A DNA stretch of 64,000 bases, from contig MU057880.1 in assembly GCA_013265495.1 (NCBI GenBank), positions 1,704,527-1,768,526 of the forward strand. Reading direction: 5' to 3'. Of the stretch, positions 1 to 13,212 are shown piece by piece (within the stretch, counting starts at the first letter, position 1; every line of letters begins with the position of its first letter). The notes under the pieces are model-generated. The model did not search any database. It was given only the letters and a program-made list of their open reading frames with translations, and was not told the origin of the DNA. The DNA is from Vicugna vicugna. Lineage: Eukaryota. Both the position numbers and the translations under genes were made by a program.

Positions 1-1779
1 CTCAGGATTAAACCATCTCTTGGTTTCTAAAACATGGGCTGTGTTCCATGGAAGGCTAACCAGAAATATGGTATAATAAGAAAAGATCGCACACAGGCAA
101 CAGAGATCAAGATTTCAGTACCAATTGGTGAGAGTGCATTAAGCTTCTCATTTGAAGGAGATGCAATGATTCTGTGAAGTTATCAAACAGCATTTAATAA
201 GTTACCTTTTTCTAGACACTACAATTCCCTGCATAGCTAAAGTGTGAATAACCTCAAAAATGAAATGAAACACTATTTCTTCCCTTTGCTTCATAAAATA
301 TTTCAAAACATCCTTTTAAATTTCTACTACTATATTCTAATGCCTGTTACTGTACATCAAAACTGCTGTTTGGGGATTCAAACGATGTCCCCACTTTAAA
401 AACCCCTTCTTTCCAAAAGTATAATCAGGTATATTAATAGGTGGATATATTTGTTTTAAAATCCACTATCTTGGGATTTAGTGTGGTAAAATACATTTCA
501 ATTTGCTATTTTACAAATATTAAAAGACACAAACTCCTATTAATTTTATTATTTCATTTGAAATTAAATCTTTTGTTATTCATCATTGGATTGTAGATGA
601 TATTTATAAATTATAAACATACATTTTTCACATCCTCATTTTCGTTTTCAAGCGTATTTTGAATTAGAGATATAATATTCACCTGCCTTTTTTTTTTTGG
701 AGAAAACAAAGATTCAATAATCACTTACTCAATGTCTCTATCCTTGAGGAATTGATTGTTCAGAAAACAGGTGACATAAATTATGTAATATGGCATGAGT
801 GGTCTGCAATTATAAACAACGGTCCAGGACAGCACAGGGGTTGGCTATGAAAAACAGTCATGGAAGACTTCTTGGAAGAGGTGATATATATTCTGGGTCT
901 TGCCAAATGGGTACAAATACTAAGGGTATTGAGAGCCTGTGGATATTCTCTGCAGAATGAGAAGTATGGTCAAATGTATAGAGGTATGAAATAATCCTGT
1001 TTTGAAGGAAAAAGTAGGAGGGTTTTCTTTTTTTATAATTAGACTTCAAGATATGTTTGAATTTTGCTTAAGAATGTGGCTAACAAGAAGAAATGGACTT
1101 TGTGTAACTTGCTGAAGACTTCTTCTCACAGCAGATGGGGAACCAGTAAAATATGAGAGTGAGATATGAAGTTTTGTGTTTTTTTTTTTTTACAAAAAAG
1201 ATATCCCAGTAGTATTTTGAATAACTGGTCAGAGGGCAGGCAGTGCAGTCATGAGATGGCTGCAAAATTTCAGTGAAGGGTGAGGGCTTAGCAGCAGGGG
1301 AGGGAGTGATGCTTCAGGTCAGGGAGTGGTGAGGCTGTGGATCTGACCAGACATAGCACATATGTGCCAGTGACAGAGGTGTGTCAGTGTGACAAAGATC
1401 ATAGTCACAGCTGAGCGGAGTAGGAAGAACACGAGGGGAAGGTGCTTTCTGGAGTACGTGGCTGCAGGTGTCAAGGGGCAGCTGTCGGAGTGAGGCTGCC
1501 CTTCCCTTGAGAGTGATCAAAAGAAAGTTCCAAGCGCTAGGACTGAGATGTCATTTCCCCTACTTTCTCCACCATCAGCAGGACCAAAAAGGAGCCTCAG
1601 ACACCCATCCATCTGACCACCCAACCACACACCCTAGACATCTCCATCTGCCTTGAGTCAATCAGGACTGAATTTATCACGCCTTTCATGTCCCTTTTTA
1701 TGTCAGTCACTGAAACAACACTCGACGCACAGGTCCCTCTCCACCTGATGTGCACTGAGCTCCTTCAGGCTCTAGGCAT

Positions 1780-4430
1780 TGCCTTTGTGGTCCTTTCTGA
1801 CCAAACCTCCAACTGCTGAAATTATTTACTATGCCCTAGAGAATTTCTGCTCCATCATCAGTAAAATTTCTATTTCCAAATCTGTCCTGAGCATTCCTTT
1901 CACTTACTTAGTCTGATAAGAACATCGTTGTCCCCTAAAGAAACTCCTTCCCTGGCTGTCTTCTGAACTGCGACATTTTCCTCCAGTTGCCTTCATACTA
2001 TAGTCAATTACAGACCATTTTTTTCCATCATCTTTTTCTTTCACCTCCTCCAGCTTTGAATCTCATGCATCCATCAGAGTTTATTATCCACCCATCATCA
2101 TTTTTTTACTGCAGGCACCTACTGATCCTCCTTTCCTTGACAATTTTCAACTTCAGGCTCATGGTCACTTCTCTAACGTTCTTTGAGATTTCAATACTCC
2201 TTAGATGATTTTTCTAATAGCCTGGTTCTCAGCTCCATGGACTCTTCAATGATCATGTTCCGCACGTCCCCTCCGCCATTTACTCCCATGCCAAGGTCAT
2301 TATCAATAACTGCAATACTTCACAATTTCAACACAATATGCCAATTCTGGTAACATGTCTATCCCACCAAAACATCCAATCCACTGATTCTATTAACTTT
2401 TCACACTCACTCACCTTCTTGCAGCCTCCTTCCTACTTACTTAGCTTAAACCCATGGCCAATAATTCAAATCAGTCTTTTGCATTCATCTTCAAAGATCC
2501 TGACTTTCTATCTTTTAATATTTTCTTGGCAAAATCTCAAATCTAAGTCCAAATTTCTACCTAGACTCTGCCTTATCCAAATATATATTTACAACAAAGC
2601 AACCATGATTACTGTTCTCATCTTGATTTCATGATTATGATGTGCATTTTTCTCTTAATGGCAAATAACAACCATACTATATTTCCCTAAGCCATTTCTT
2701 TTCACGTGTTCTTAAATGTCTATTTCACATCTTGTTCCCTCAAACCTCTAAAACCTCTCCTTCATTATCATGCTCAAAAAAATGATCTTGTTTCTTATTT
2801 CACTGAGAAAATCGATACAGTCAGAAGAGAACTGCCATAAACTACCAAGTCTACATCTATTTGCATATCTATGCCCTGGCTTCACACCTTATGTCACCCA
2901 ACTAAACATAAATGTGATAACGTGATTTATGAGAGATATATACACTTGGTCTTCATCCTCATTTCTGGCTCAGAGCTCCTAAAACCCTTGGAATTTCCTA
3001 AATTTATGAGAGTGATAAAGTTGTGTTTTATTACGTGAATGAGGTGATTTTTGGAAACACTCAAAGATGGGGACTGGTTGCCAGGAGAACCAATCGTGTG
3101 GTAAGAGGGCTGGAACTCTCAGCTCCACCTGCAGCCTCTGAGGAGGTTGGCTCGATCACCAGCGGCTGATGATTTAATCATATAAGCCTATGTGATGAAG
3201 CCCCCATGAAACCCCAGAAGGTAGGTCATGGGAATGTAATGTACAGAAACAAACAAACAAAGAAACTAAAGGGACCAGAGCTTCCAGTTTGATGAGCACC
3301 TAGAGATGCAGGAAGGAGAGGCATGCCCAGCGAAGCAGGGAGACTCACACACCCTTTCTCCAGACCTTGCCCTGGGCATCTCTTCCACCTGGCTGTTCCC
3401 GAGTTGCATCCTTCTATAATCAACTGGTATTCTAGTAAGGAAAACGTTCCTCTGAGTTTTGTGAGCTGCTCTAGCAAATGATTGTAACCAGAGGAGGGAG
3501 TTGCAGGGACCTCCAGTCTATAGCTGGTCAGTCAGAAGCACAGGTGACCACCTGGGCCACGACTGACACCTGAAGTGGGGGCAGGGGGTTTGAGGGGAGT
3601 CTTGTTGGACTGAACCCTTTACCTGTGGAATTGGGTGCCATCTCCCCATAGACGCCGTCAGAATGGAGTTGAATTGAGTTGAATTATAGGGCACCTAGTT
3701 AACAGTCTGGAGAACATCTTGCTGGTGGGAACAAGAAGTGGGAAACTGGGTCCCAGAGCACAATTAATGATGTGCTCCTCCATCCGCTCTTACAATGAGC
3801 TTACAAGATCAGTCCTTCAACTACTTCCTCCTATTACTCTAACCCCACCAGTTACTCTCAGTGTCTGGGCCAGCTCCACACACACGCTCTGATTTTCCCT
3901 ATTGTTTTTCTTTTGAACCAACTTCTCCTGCCCTCCCTCTCCTTTCCCAAACAGAACGCAAAGCAAAACACGATCTTGAAAACATACCTACAGTTAATTC
4001 GCCATGATTCCTCCCCTCTTCTTCTGTCTCAAACACACTTCAACCAGACTTTGATTTCTTTCCTTCAACCAAAAGTACTATCATCTGTTCCACCCTCATT
4101 GTCAGTGCTTGAATGATAAATTGTGTCCTATTGGTCATCAGTTCTGGGTGCAGTTAATCACTTCCTCCTCCCTGGTATACCTGCTGCCCACTGCCTCTCT
4201 ACCACCTCACTGGAAATTTCTTTCCATGGACCTTTGCTAGTCTCTTCATTCTCCCTTACCTCTTAATGTTGGAAAAACCACAGTTCAAGGTCCCATCAAA
4301 TCATGTGACTTTAACTGTCATGTTCTTGCTCATGATGGCCAGACAGCGCCACACCCTCTCAGACTTGTATTTGTAACTGTCCATGTGGCTCTCTGGTGGA
4401 TGTTTCAAAATCAACCCAAACTTAATGTGC
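1780..4430 (+). mobile_element. Old L2 LINE remnant, interrupted by an LTR at 2913-3762
   Basis: Pyrimidine-rich decayed sequence with L2 ORF2/3'-like motifs, e.g. TGATCTTGTTTCTTATTTCACTGAGAAAAT near 2782 and the CCATGTGG...CAAACTTAATGTG segment near 4381-4428. Boundaries approximate. Confidence 0.6.
2913..3762 (+). mobile_element. MER21-like solo LTR
   Basis: TG...CA ends. Start TGTGATAACGTGATTT...TTGGTCTTCATCC...GCTCCTAAAACCCTTGGAATTTCC resembles the MER21 consensus as I recall it. Near-perfect 5-bp TSD ATAAA (2908-2912) / ATTAA (3763-3767). Confidence 0.8.
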
Positions 4431-5539
4431 AAAGTCCCCCATGTAAAAATCAGACAAGATTTTTCTTTCAGCTTGTTCTATGTCTTGAAAGGTTGGCTTT
4501 GTGACCATTGAGAATACTCCCTCTGGTTTCCACCACCTAGAAGGTATATATACTGGAGTCTAATCTGGTGGCCAGCTGAATAGACTGGGGTTTTGAGACA
4601 CAAAATTACAAGCAGCATTCTCTCTGCCTGGCTGAGCCAGCTCGCAGGGGATTTTGTCCTAAGTGTTCCTAGTCCATGAAGAGTCTCTTGCTTTGTAAGT
4701 GCTGAAAAGGCAACGGTAGCACATGCCTGGTATCCCAGGCTGGCTGGTCTGTAACCGGAGGTGTCTCGTGTTCCCCTGAGAGACTGCAGACACCATCTTT
4801 ACTGTACAATTCTTACTACATGTAACAACTATGGTCTTTGCTTCCCTCAGGAAACTCTGAGACTAGACTCCCTGGGTCTTGCGAGGGCTGTGTCTTTTGC
4901 ACTCTCCTTTGGGAGACCTCTTGCATCCCTGGTTAGGCCGCAAAAAGGCTTCTTGGTTTGAGTCGCTATTGATATTAATATAAGGTTCTACCCATCGGTG
5001 GCCAGATGACAAATCCTTTGAATTGACTATATTTAAAAGAAAACAAATTTTCTTAGAGCCCTCTCATCCTAAACAATCATCTTATCAGAACCTATGAAAA
5101 GACCAAATTAAAAAGTGGACCCAAAGAAGTGCAACAGCCAGCCTTAGGGACTCTCTCAGCAAGACGAAAGAACAGAAACTAGACTTGGAACAAAAATTGA
5201 AGTTTCTAGCCAACATTGCTTACCCTTCTTAAAAGCTGGCCCTGTCTCCTCAGCAAATTCCCTTAGCTTCCAATGTCTTCCACCTTCCCCAGAAAATCTC
5301 TTAAACAAACTGCTGCCTAATTTAACTACTCCTTCCCTGCAAGATTTACAGAGAACACTCGGGCCTGACCTCCAGGCCTGCGGTGTATACTTACTTAAGT
5401 GCTGAGTGTCAGGAGGTAAATTTAGCAGGAGCCTGGGATGAAGGCTGGCTTTGCTGGGCTCTACAGTCAGGCCCAGTCAATTTCCAGATTTCCTATGCAA
5501 TGTCTTTTGCAAACACATCTCAGGGTCTCTCCCAAAGAA

Positions 5540-6700
5540 TTCATGCCCCGTTACTCCCCCAGTAGATCATTGTAATCATAAAGCCCTTTTACCTCCCCTT
5601 TCAGAAGAGCCTACCACATTCAGAGAGGAGCTGGAAAGATTAGCAGCCATTTAACCTCATCACAGAGACCCTGACTGTCTGCTAACAGGAATTCTTCCCA
5701 CCTGCAATTATACTGTAGTTATCAGACAAACCAGACTGGGGAAACAAAAAATCCTCACCCAAGAAACAGATGACTGGAAACTCTCCCAGGCCCTCCTGCA
5801 CAGGACCAGGACGTGGCTCAGCGGGAGGCTGAAATCCAGGGACTGAAAGAAACATCAGTCTCAACTTTCTCCATCAAGGTGCATTGGCCTAAGATTGAAT
5901 TGTGCACTCACAAATAAGTGAAGCCTCCAAAGGTCTCCGCTGAACACTTTATACAGACTTTTCAAAGGTGTGCTGCACTAAATCCTGAAGCTCATTTCCA
6001 GGACACGCAAATCTCTTAATCTGCACCTTAGACGGAAATTTTCTCCCTGATATAAAAAAACTCAAAATACTATGGATGAGTCAGCTAGTCAACCTCTAAG
6101 TGTAACAGAGAAGAACAGATCTGACTCCACACTGAATCTATCCCTTTACCTCCAACCCTGGGCTCTGTTTCCTGGGCTCAGTCATGCTGGTTCTGCACCT
6201 TTTGTAAAAGGATGTTGCCTGGAGCCTGACATAGACAGGAGAGCCCATCCTCAAGGCTCTGACCTTTAAGGGGGTAACACTTTTCTATTCATACAAAGAT
6301 AAAAAGTTTCAGAACAGGGAATAACATTTGTCTTACTAGAGGTTTCCAGGGGCACCACAACCTGACCCATGTGGACACCTGCAAGAACAAAGGATTCTGA
6401 CACCAAGAAGTTTGCAGCAAACAACCACACACCCTCCCCTTTTAGTATAAAAGGAGCCTGAATTCTGACTTGAGGAAGATGGTTCTCCAGGACGTTAGTC
6501 CCCCATCTTCTCAGTCTGCTGGTTATCCAAACAGAGTTGCTATTCTTTGCCCCAACACCTCCTCTCTTGATTTATCGGCCTGTCATTGGGCAAGCAGAAT
6601 GAGTCTTGACTTGGTAACATAAGCATTGTAATGAAAGCAGCTAACCAGTTCTTTGAAGAAAGCTTCCAGAAGTGCAAGAGAAAAAAGTTAAAATAAAAAA
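5540..6700 (+). pseudogene. gag: Degenerate retroviral gag capsid (gammaretrovirus-like CA) with stops, frameshifts and an LTR insertion
   Basis: Hand translation: PVDHCNHKALLPPLSEEPTTFREELERLAAI (compare MLV [31 protein letters not shown]); from 5879 VHWPKIELCTHK*VKPPKVSAEHFIQTFQRCAALNPEA (MHR-like); then NLLICTLDGNFLPDIKK and QPLS/IVMKAANQFFEE across the LTR insertion. Confidence 0.7.
6101..6619 (+). mobile_element. ERV1-class solo LTR inserted into the gag remnant
   Basis: TGTAACAG...GGTAACA ends, perfect 4-bp TSD TAAG (6097-6100 and 6620-6623), TATA-like TATAAAAG near 6446. Family not confidently assigned. Confidence 0.88.
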
Positions 6701-9700
6701 TTCTTGATTTCCAACTTGAATCTTTAGAGAAACAAAAGCATAACTCTGAGAGCAGCACAAAGTCCACTCAGATCTTTTCTTTAATTTGCGTTCAGTAATT
6801 TACAGATATTGTAAAAAATCAAGACATTAGAAGTAACAATTATCATGCACATAGGAAAAAGAAGCAAACATTTAAATAGTAATTACCCTAGACTTCTGAT
6901 AACAGACAAATATACTCCAGGACTCCTAGTCTTGGAGAAAACTTGCATTCTTCCTCTGTCCCTTGAACATGTAAATATTACCGTATCTTTGAAATGTAAA
7001 CACTCCAAGGGGTAACTAAAACAATGCTCACATTCACCTTAGACTGAAGGAACAAAAGAAAAACTGTTTTTGTTTTTTTTTTTAATACAAATTGTTAAAA
7101 AGTCTCCCTTGCCAAAATCTAGCTTATAGCCTTCAAAAGATTACTTGTCAAGGTCAAATACATATCTTAAAAAACTTCTTTATAAATAGTAAAAAGCTTA
7201 GCTATAAGAGCAGGTAAAAATTAAACTATTCCGACTGTTATTTATAAACTAGTGAGTTTCATATTGTTACACCTGACTTCTAGCTAAAATTTTAAAATGA
7301 AAGCTACAAGGTTCTGTTTTTGTCTGTCTGCATGTTTGTGTATGTCTACAGATGTATGTTATAAATGTATATGTGACACTTCACTACCTTCTGGTGGTAT
7401 TACCGAAATTAATTCATAAGAAATCTCCAATTAATTGGCTTAAAATAACTGCTTATTAATTAAGTGTTCCTAAAACTAAGAAATATAAAAACTAACACAA
7501 TTTTTTTTTTAATTCAGGTGGCCTGTGAAAATCTTTGGTAAATAAAATCTAGTTTAAGTTTGTCAGTTTAATTAATACAGACATGTCTTTGGAGCTAACA
7601 GCATTAAGTATAATACTTCAGCTAGGTTTACTGAAAGTCAAGTAAACTCATGCTGTATCTGTTGCAAAGTTTGTCAGCAAGAAAAATTACTTAAGATGAT
7701 GGCTGGCTACTTTGATGGCTCATGAAATTTTCATGAGTAATCTAGATATAACTGTTGGAAACAAGTGAATTAAATAGATGTAAATGGGAAAGGAATTTAA
7801 GGGAACTTTTCAACAATAATTATGTTTCGGAATATGTCTGCTTAAATAGCTTCCCAAGCATCTCTGGTAACTTTTACACTTAGAATTTTGCTAAGTTGAA
7901 TTAAATGATAGCAATTTATTGACTACCTAAATCATTTCCAAATAAGATAAAACACAGCAACATTAATTACTATACAGAGGCTGGTAAACTGTTTAGTTTC
8001 CTTTTTACAGAGGAACTAAAAATATTTGAATCTATTAGTAAATACGTATAGGGACATATTAAAAATTTGTACTATAAATAAGCATATGTCTCTAGAAATC
8101 ATGAAATAAATTCATAAATTTGCTAATCTAAAGAATGCTGGTGTAACATTATTGCTTACCTCTTTGGTAAGGTTTCTAAAAGGTTAAGAAATCTAATTAA
8201 TATATGTAATTAAAACTACTAAAATAATAAGGGGAAATCTCTGTATGCAAGAAAAGAAAGACGTGTGTTTTTAGTAAGGGAAAGATGAGAAATGAAGCTG
8301 CATTTTTGTTTAGGGAAAATAAAGTAATTTTGTCCTAGAATGAAGCTAGTTATTTCAGGATGGGAAATAGGAAAAACATGGGGCACAACTTGAACATAAA
8401 AAAGAAAGTGGTAGAAGAACTGTGAAAAAAAGAATTGTGGGAAAGAAATTTTATGTATGGTCAAGAAGGCTAAGATAATTTTTCTGGAAAGGAATGAATT
8501 TTAATATCAAAAGCACATTGATAAAAATCAGAATTTGGCTTTCTCCTGCTACTAAAAGGACCAATTTTATTAGATTATCGGTCCGCTCATACTAAAACAA
8601 ATGAACAAAGGTTTTCATTTACGTTTTAAGTAATCTGCTTGTTAAACAAAGACTTTGTGTCTTACTAACCGTACTTCACACTGTCATCATCAGGTCTTTG
8701 ATGACTTACACGCAAGTGTTCGCTATTATAAAACTAAGTTTAGCTTATAATTATGTAATTTTCTGTATTTGCCTGTGAAATCTTTGATTGTCACTTTGGT
8801 TCAATAGATAAGCATTGATTCTATTGTCCGATTTTACCTAACCAAGTGTCTTAAACTTTTTTGACATTTTCGACAAACTTCTCAAAATCAAATTCTAAAT
8901 GGAGTTTTTCTTTTTCTTAATTTGGAAGTAAGCTGGGATTTTCCAGAGGCTCCTCAGAACATCTCAAACTATTTGTTTCTTTTCCTTATTAAAATCTTTG
9001 AAATGTTAACTCAATAGGGGTTATTTGGTATGTTAAAATACATGGGAAGCATTGTCCAGTAATAAATTACTACTAAGCCTTCTTTATGTTGTATTTGTCT
9101 AGGTGTATGTTCTAACTGCTGCATAGAAATTGTATGAAATTCCTAGAAATCTGGCATATCCTATTATAATCCTAGTACAATGCTATCACTTGTAATTCTT
9201 GTTACTATCTTAAGATGTATTATCACAGAAGTAGCCAAAGTTCCTTGTCAATAGCATTGTGATGAGCTCTCATCAGATCTTCAACCCTGGGCATTTTAAA
9301 AGTTTTTGTCATCTATAGAATCTGTGGTTTCACTCTGATGGTTTTGCAAAAGTGTTTTATCTTCAGAGAGATTCATGAAAAAGACTCTTACAAGTACGTT
9401 AGAATACACGTTTCTTATAACTTTCAGATTACGCTATTGAACTGGGAAGAATTTACAGAACTCTAAGGAAAAACTGAATTCCCCAAACTGCTAACAAAAA
9501 AATTAAGGCTAGCAAGATTTAATTACATGGGGCTAAGTTAACAGATAAGGGAAATTATAATTTCTTATGACTCTTTTGATTGAAACATTGCTGGCTTTAT
9601 AATGTTTTGTGTCTCCAGGTTTAAGGAAATTTTTCTTCTTTTCCCTTAAGCTACCTGCCCTTGCTTCATCGAAAGATGCTTTGAGACTGATGGGTAAAAA

Positions 9701-9985
9701 TCTTTACTACCGTCTTCAGAACTCAGAAACTGGGATAATAGTTTGCTCTGATTGTTAACCATTGTTTTCCTTTTATTTCCATTAAAATGCCTTATTAAAC
9801 ACCTGATTTCTCAAACAATGTAGTTCTAACTTTGGGAGATGAGCTGCATGATCATATCCTAAAATGAGACACAACTGTTTAACTGAAATAACTTATTTTC
9901 AAGTCTAAAATATGAATTCAATGAAACAATGGGATTGTTCTTCCAACTCAGCCTCTAGATTGTGAAACTTCTTGATGTTTCAAAG

Positions 9986-10927
9986 GAACAGGAACAAAAT
10001 ATGCTGCTCTAAAATATGCCACTTTGGCATGTTAATTTTTTTAACATTTTTTATTGATTTATAATCATTTTACAATGTTGTGTCAAATTCCAGTGTAGAG
10101 CACAATTTTTCAGTTATACATGAACATATATATATTCATTGTCACATTTTTTTCTCCATTAGATCTTGTGTATATATTTCCCTGTGCTATACAGTATAAT
10201 CTTGTTTATCTATTCTACAATTTTGAAATCCCAGTCTATCTCTTCACACCCCTCCCTCCCTTCACTATACCACGTCTTTCGNNNNNNNNNNNNNNNNNNN
10301 NNNNNNNNNNNNNNNNNNNNNNNNNNNNNNNNNNNNNNNNNNNNNNNNNNNNNNTAAGTGATCTCATATGGTATTTTTCATTCCTCTTTCTGGCTTACTT
10401 CACTTAGAATGACATTCTCCAGGAGCATCCATGTTGCTGCAAATGGCGTTATGCTGTAAGTTTTTATGGCTGAGTAAGCATATTAATTATTTTGAATAAA
10501 AGTTACTTGAAGAAAAGAAGGTGCAAGAATGACACCATGACCCTCTTTTGTCCCCTGAAAGCAGGAAATAAATGTCCCATGTGAAAGGTACCCTCACTGT
10601 ATCAGGAGGTAGAGACCCATACTTCTCCCAGAGATGGGGATTTCAGGGCAAAGAAGGCTGGATAAACAAACCTTGTGACTTTTGCACTAATTCGCTACTC
10701 CAAGCCCAAACCCCTTCGCTTTGTCAACTGTTCACAAATTTATTGTTTCTTTGTATGAAAGACATAAAACTGCCTGCTTTGGTCACTTACTTGAGTCTCA
10801 TATTTTATGAGTTCCCATATATAATCAATTTGTTTTTCTCCTGTTAATCTGTCTTACATCAATTTAGCTACTAGACTGGCCAAAGGACCCAAAAGGAAAG
10901 AAAGGGAAAGTTTTTCTCCTCTATACA
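9986..10927 (+). mobile_element. 3' LTR of the ERV (MER34/MER39-like), split by an L1 insertion
   Basis: AAAATATGCCACTTTGGCAT...TTATTTTGA start motif and ...GGGAAAGTTTTTCTCCTCTATACA end. The LTR sequence resumes at 10478 after the L1. The 5' boundary is approximate. Confidence 0.75.
10038..10477 (-). mobile_element. Young 5'-truncated L1 3' end (camelid type), containing an assembly gap
   Basis: T-rich tail then TTATTGATTTATAATCATTTTACAATGTTGTGTCAAATTCCAG. TSD GCATGTTAATT (10027-10037) / GCATATTAATT (10478-10488). N gap at 10282-10354. Confidence 0.88.
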
Positions 10928-13212
10928 TGTAACTAGTTATTTTTTTTCCTTTACTTAATATTATGTCCTTACATTTCAACGGTGTTGATGTTTGTGAGTA
11001 CAGATCATTCCCATTCTCTGCTGTATAGTATTCAATTAATTAGTGGACCATAATGTAGCCATTATCAAATTGATACATTTGGTAGACGTTTGAATTGGTT
11101 CCAGTTTGACATTACATATATTGCTGCATTAACCATGAATGTCTAAATCATCTGAACATTTGCAAGAATCTCTTTGGATGTGTACTTAGCTTCTGAATCA
11201 TAAGTTATGAACCAATTTTGACATATGTAGATAATGTCAACCAATTGTTCACAGTGTTTCTATATAAATTTATAAGCCAATAAGAAAAGAGTAAGCATGT
11301 CTTTGCTCCACATCCTTATATTTATCAGACTTTTAAATTCCTGCCAGTGTAGTGGTTAAACGATATCTCATTGTGGTCTTAATTTCTAATCCTCTAATTT
11401 CTACTGAGGTCGAGAAATTATTTTTCTACTTTTTTTCTTTGTTATTTGTAAGATACACATGTGTACATCTACTTAGGGCTTCTTTTATGGTTTCCTATAC
11501 TATTTTGGAATTTTATACATCAAAATATTGTATAAATTTTGTTAGATTCAATCCTCAGTAGTTAAAAAGTTGTGATTGCTAGTATAAGTATAGTCTATAA
11601 AAAATTACATACTCTGTTTTTTCTGATAGATGAAATGTAACTATTCTTGTGCACTGAGTGTCTAAAACCTTTACTAAGCTCTCTAATCCTGATTGCTTAT
11701 CTATATTTTCATCTAGATTTCTATAGAAATCTTTCTGCCATGTGAAGATAATGGCAACTTGATTTATTTTCCAATATTTTAACATTTAATACTTTTATTC
11801 CTGCAATTAAAACTTATTTGGCTAGGAGGTATATTTATTTCTCAATAAATTGCTGCATTTGGGAGCTAATGTTCTGCTTAGAATTTTCACATCTGTGCTT
11901 ATAATTAAGCTTTAGCTGTAGTGCTATCTTAGTATTTCTTTTTTTTTTTACTGATTTTGATATCAATGCTATATTTGTCTCATGAAATAAGCTGTAGATT
12001 GTTCACATTTCCTGTTCTTTGGACAATTGGTTTAATATCACAGTCTATTTATTCTCTAAATGTTTTTCAGACCCACTGATAATGCCGTTTGTCAGTTGTT
12101 TTTCATTTGTGGGAAGATTTTTTTACTACTGATTCAATTACTCTAATGGTTATCTACCTCAAGTTTCATATTTCTTCTTCAGTTAATTTTGGTAATGGAA
12201 TTGTCCATTTTACCTAAGTTTCAAGATGCACTGACATCAGGTTAATGATACTTTCTTATATTTATTTCTGCAGCATCTGGCATTATGTCCTCTTTGCACT
12301 TCTGGTGGAGTTTATTTATATTACTTATTTTTGCTTGATTAATCTTGCTAGTGGTTGATTCTATTTATTTTATTTTACACTTGAGAATAAACTTTGGCTA
12401 ATGTGATTCTAAATAGTATATGTTGGTTTTGTTATTTATTATTTTTCTGTATTTTTGTTTTTCCTTCCTTTTACTTTCTTAATTTTTATTCATTAATCTC
12501 CAGATTTTTTTTCATATTCAATCTATACATTTCCTTTTAGCATTACCTTAACTGCATCCCACAAGTATTGATGTGGACTGCTTTTGTTATTTGTCAGCTC
12601 TAAATATGTCCTAATTTCCATTATGATTTTAAATTCAGTAAGAAATTTTTTCTTAGTATAGATTATTTTTTAAATTAGGTGGGATTTTTTTTTTTTTTTT
12701 TACTTTTTAAAATTATTTTATCAGCCTAATTACCTTGTCAGTAAACATCCTCTGAAGGGTATCAGTCTTGAAATTTGGTCAGGTCTCAATGTTACATTGT
12801 TACTCAATGTAACAAAATCCACGTTGAAGAAGCTCTCAGAGTGCTTGAAAAGAATGAACATTCTTAAGTTGTTGCAGACAATATTATTTATGTCTTAGCA
12901 ATCAATTTTATATTTCATGAATTCTATTCTTACGTTTATTACTTCCTTTCTTCTGCTTACTTAATGTTAAATTTGTTCTTTGTTTTCTATATTCTTAAGG
13001 GAAAAAGTTCACGTTATTGACTCCACACTTTTTTTAACAGACATTCAGCACTCTAAACATCTCTCTAAGAAGTACTTTAGTCACGTAGCACAAGTTTTGA
13101 TTTGTTGTGTGTGTTCCCATTTTTTTCATTATTCTCTTTAAAAATTTCTAATTTGTTTTAATATTGCCATTGACCTATAGATAATTTAGAAGTATGTTTT
13201 CTAGTTTCTAAA
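10928..13212 (-). mobile_element. Old, highly decayed L1M-type LINE fragments
   Basis: T-rich antisense L1 3'UTR/ORF2 motifs, e.g. ATCTCATTGTGGTCTTAATTT and CTTAACTGCATCCCACAAGTATTGAT. Confidence 0.7.

Larger units (their letters stand above)
4440..9985 (+). mobile_element. Internal region of a non-autonomous ERV1 (MER34/MER4-group-like); 5' LTR absent
   Basis: Leader-like sequence, a decayed gag capsid (about 5540-6700), then about 3.2 kb of AT-rich non-coding internal sequence typical of MER4-group elements. It ends in a purine tract (TCAAAGGAACAGG) directly before an LTR. Confidence 0.75.

Noticed and set aside
6101..6619. Calling this LTR MER41 or an interferon enhancer
   Set aside because: It lacks the MER41-like blocks seen at 25677-26159, and I saw no TTCNNNGAA motif in it.
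10261..10281. Odd non-collinear bases just before the N gap, suggesting an L1 rearrangement
   Set aside because: These are contig-end bases adjoining a gap and are unreliable without reads.
2913..10927. One full provirus bounded by the 2913-3762 and 9986-10927 LTRs
   Set aside because: The two LTRs are unrelated in sequence, the first has its own TSD, and L2-like DNA separates it from the internal region.
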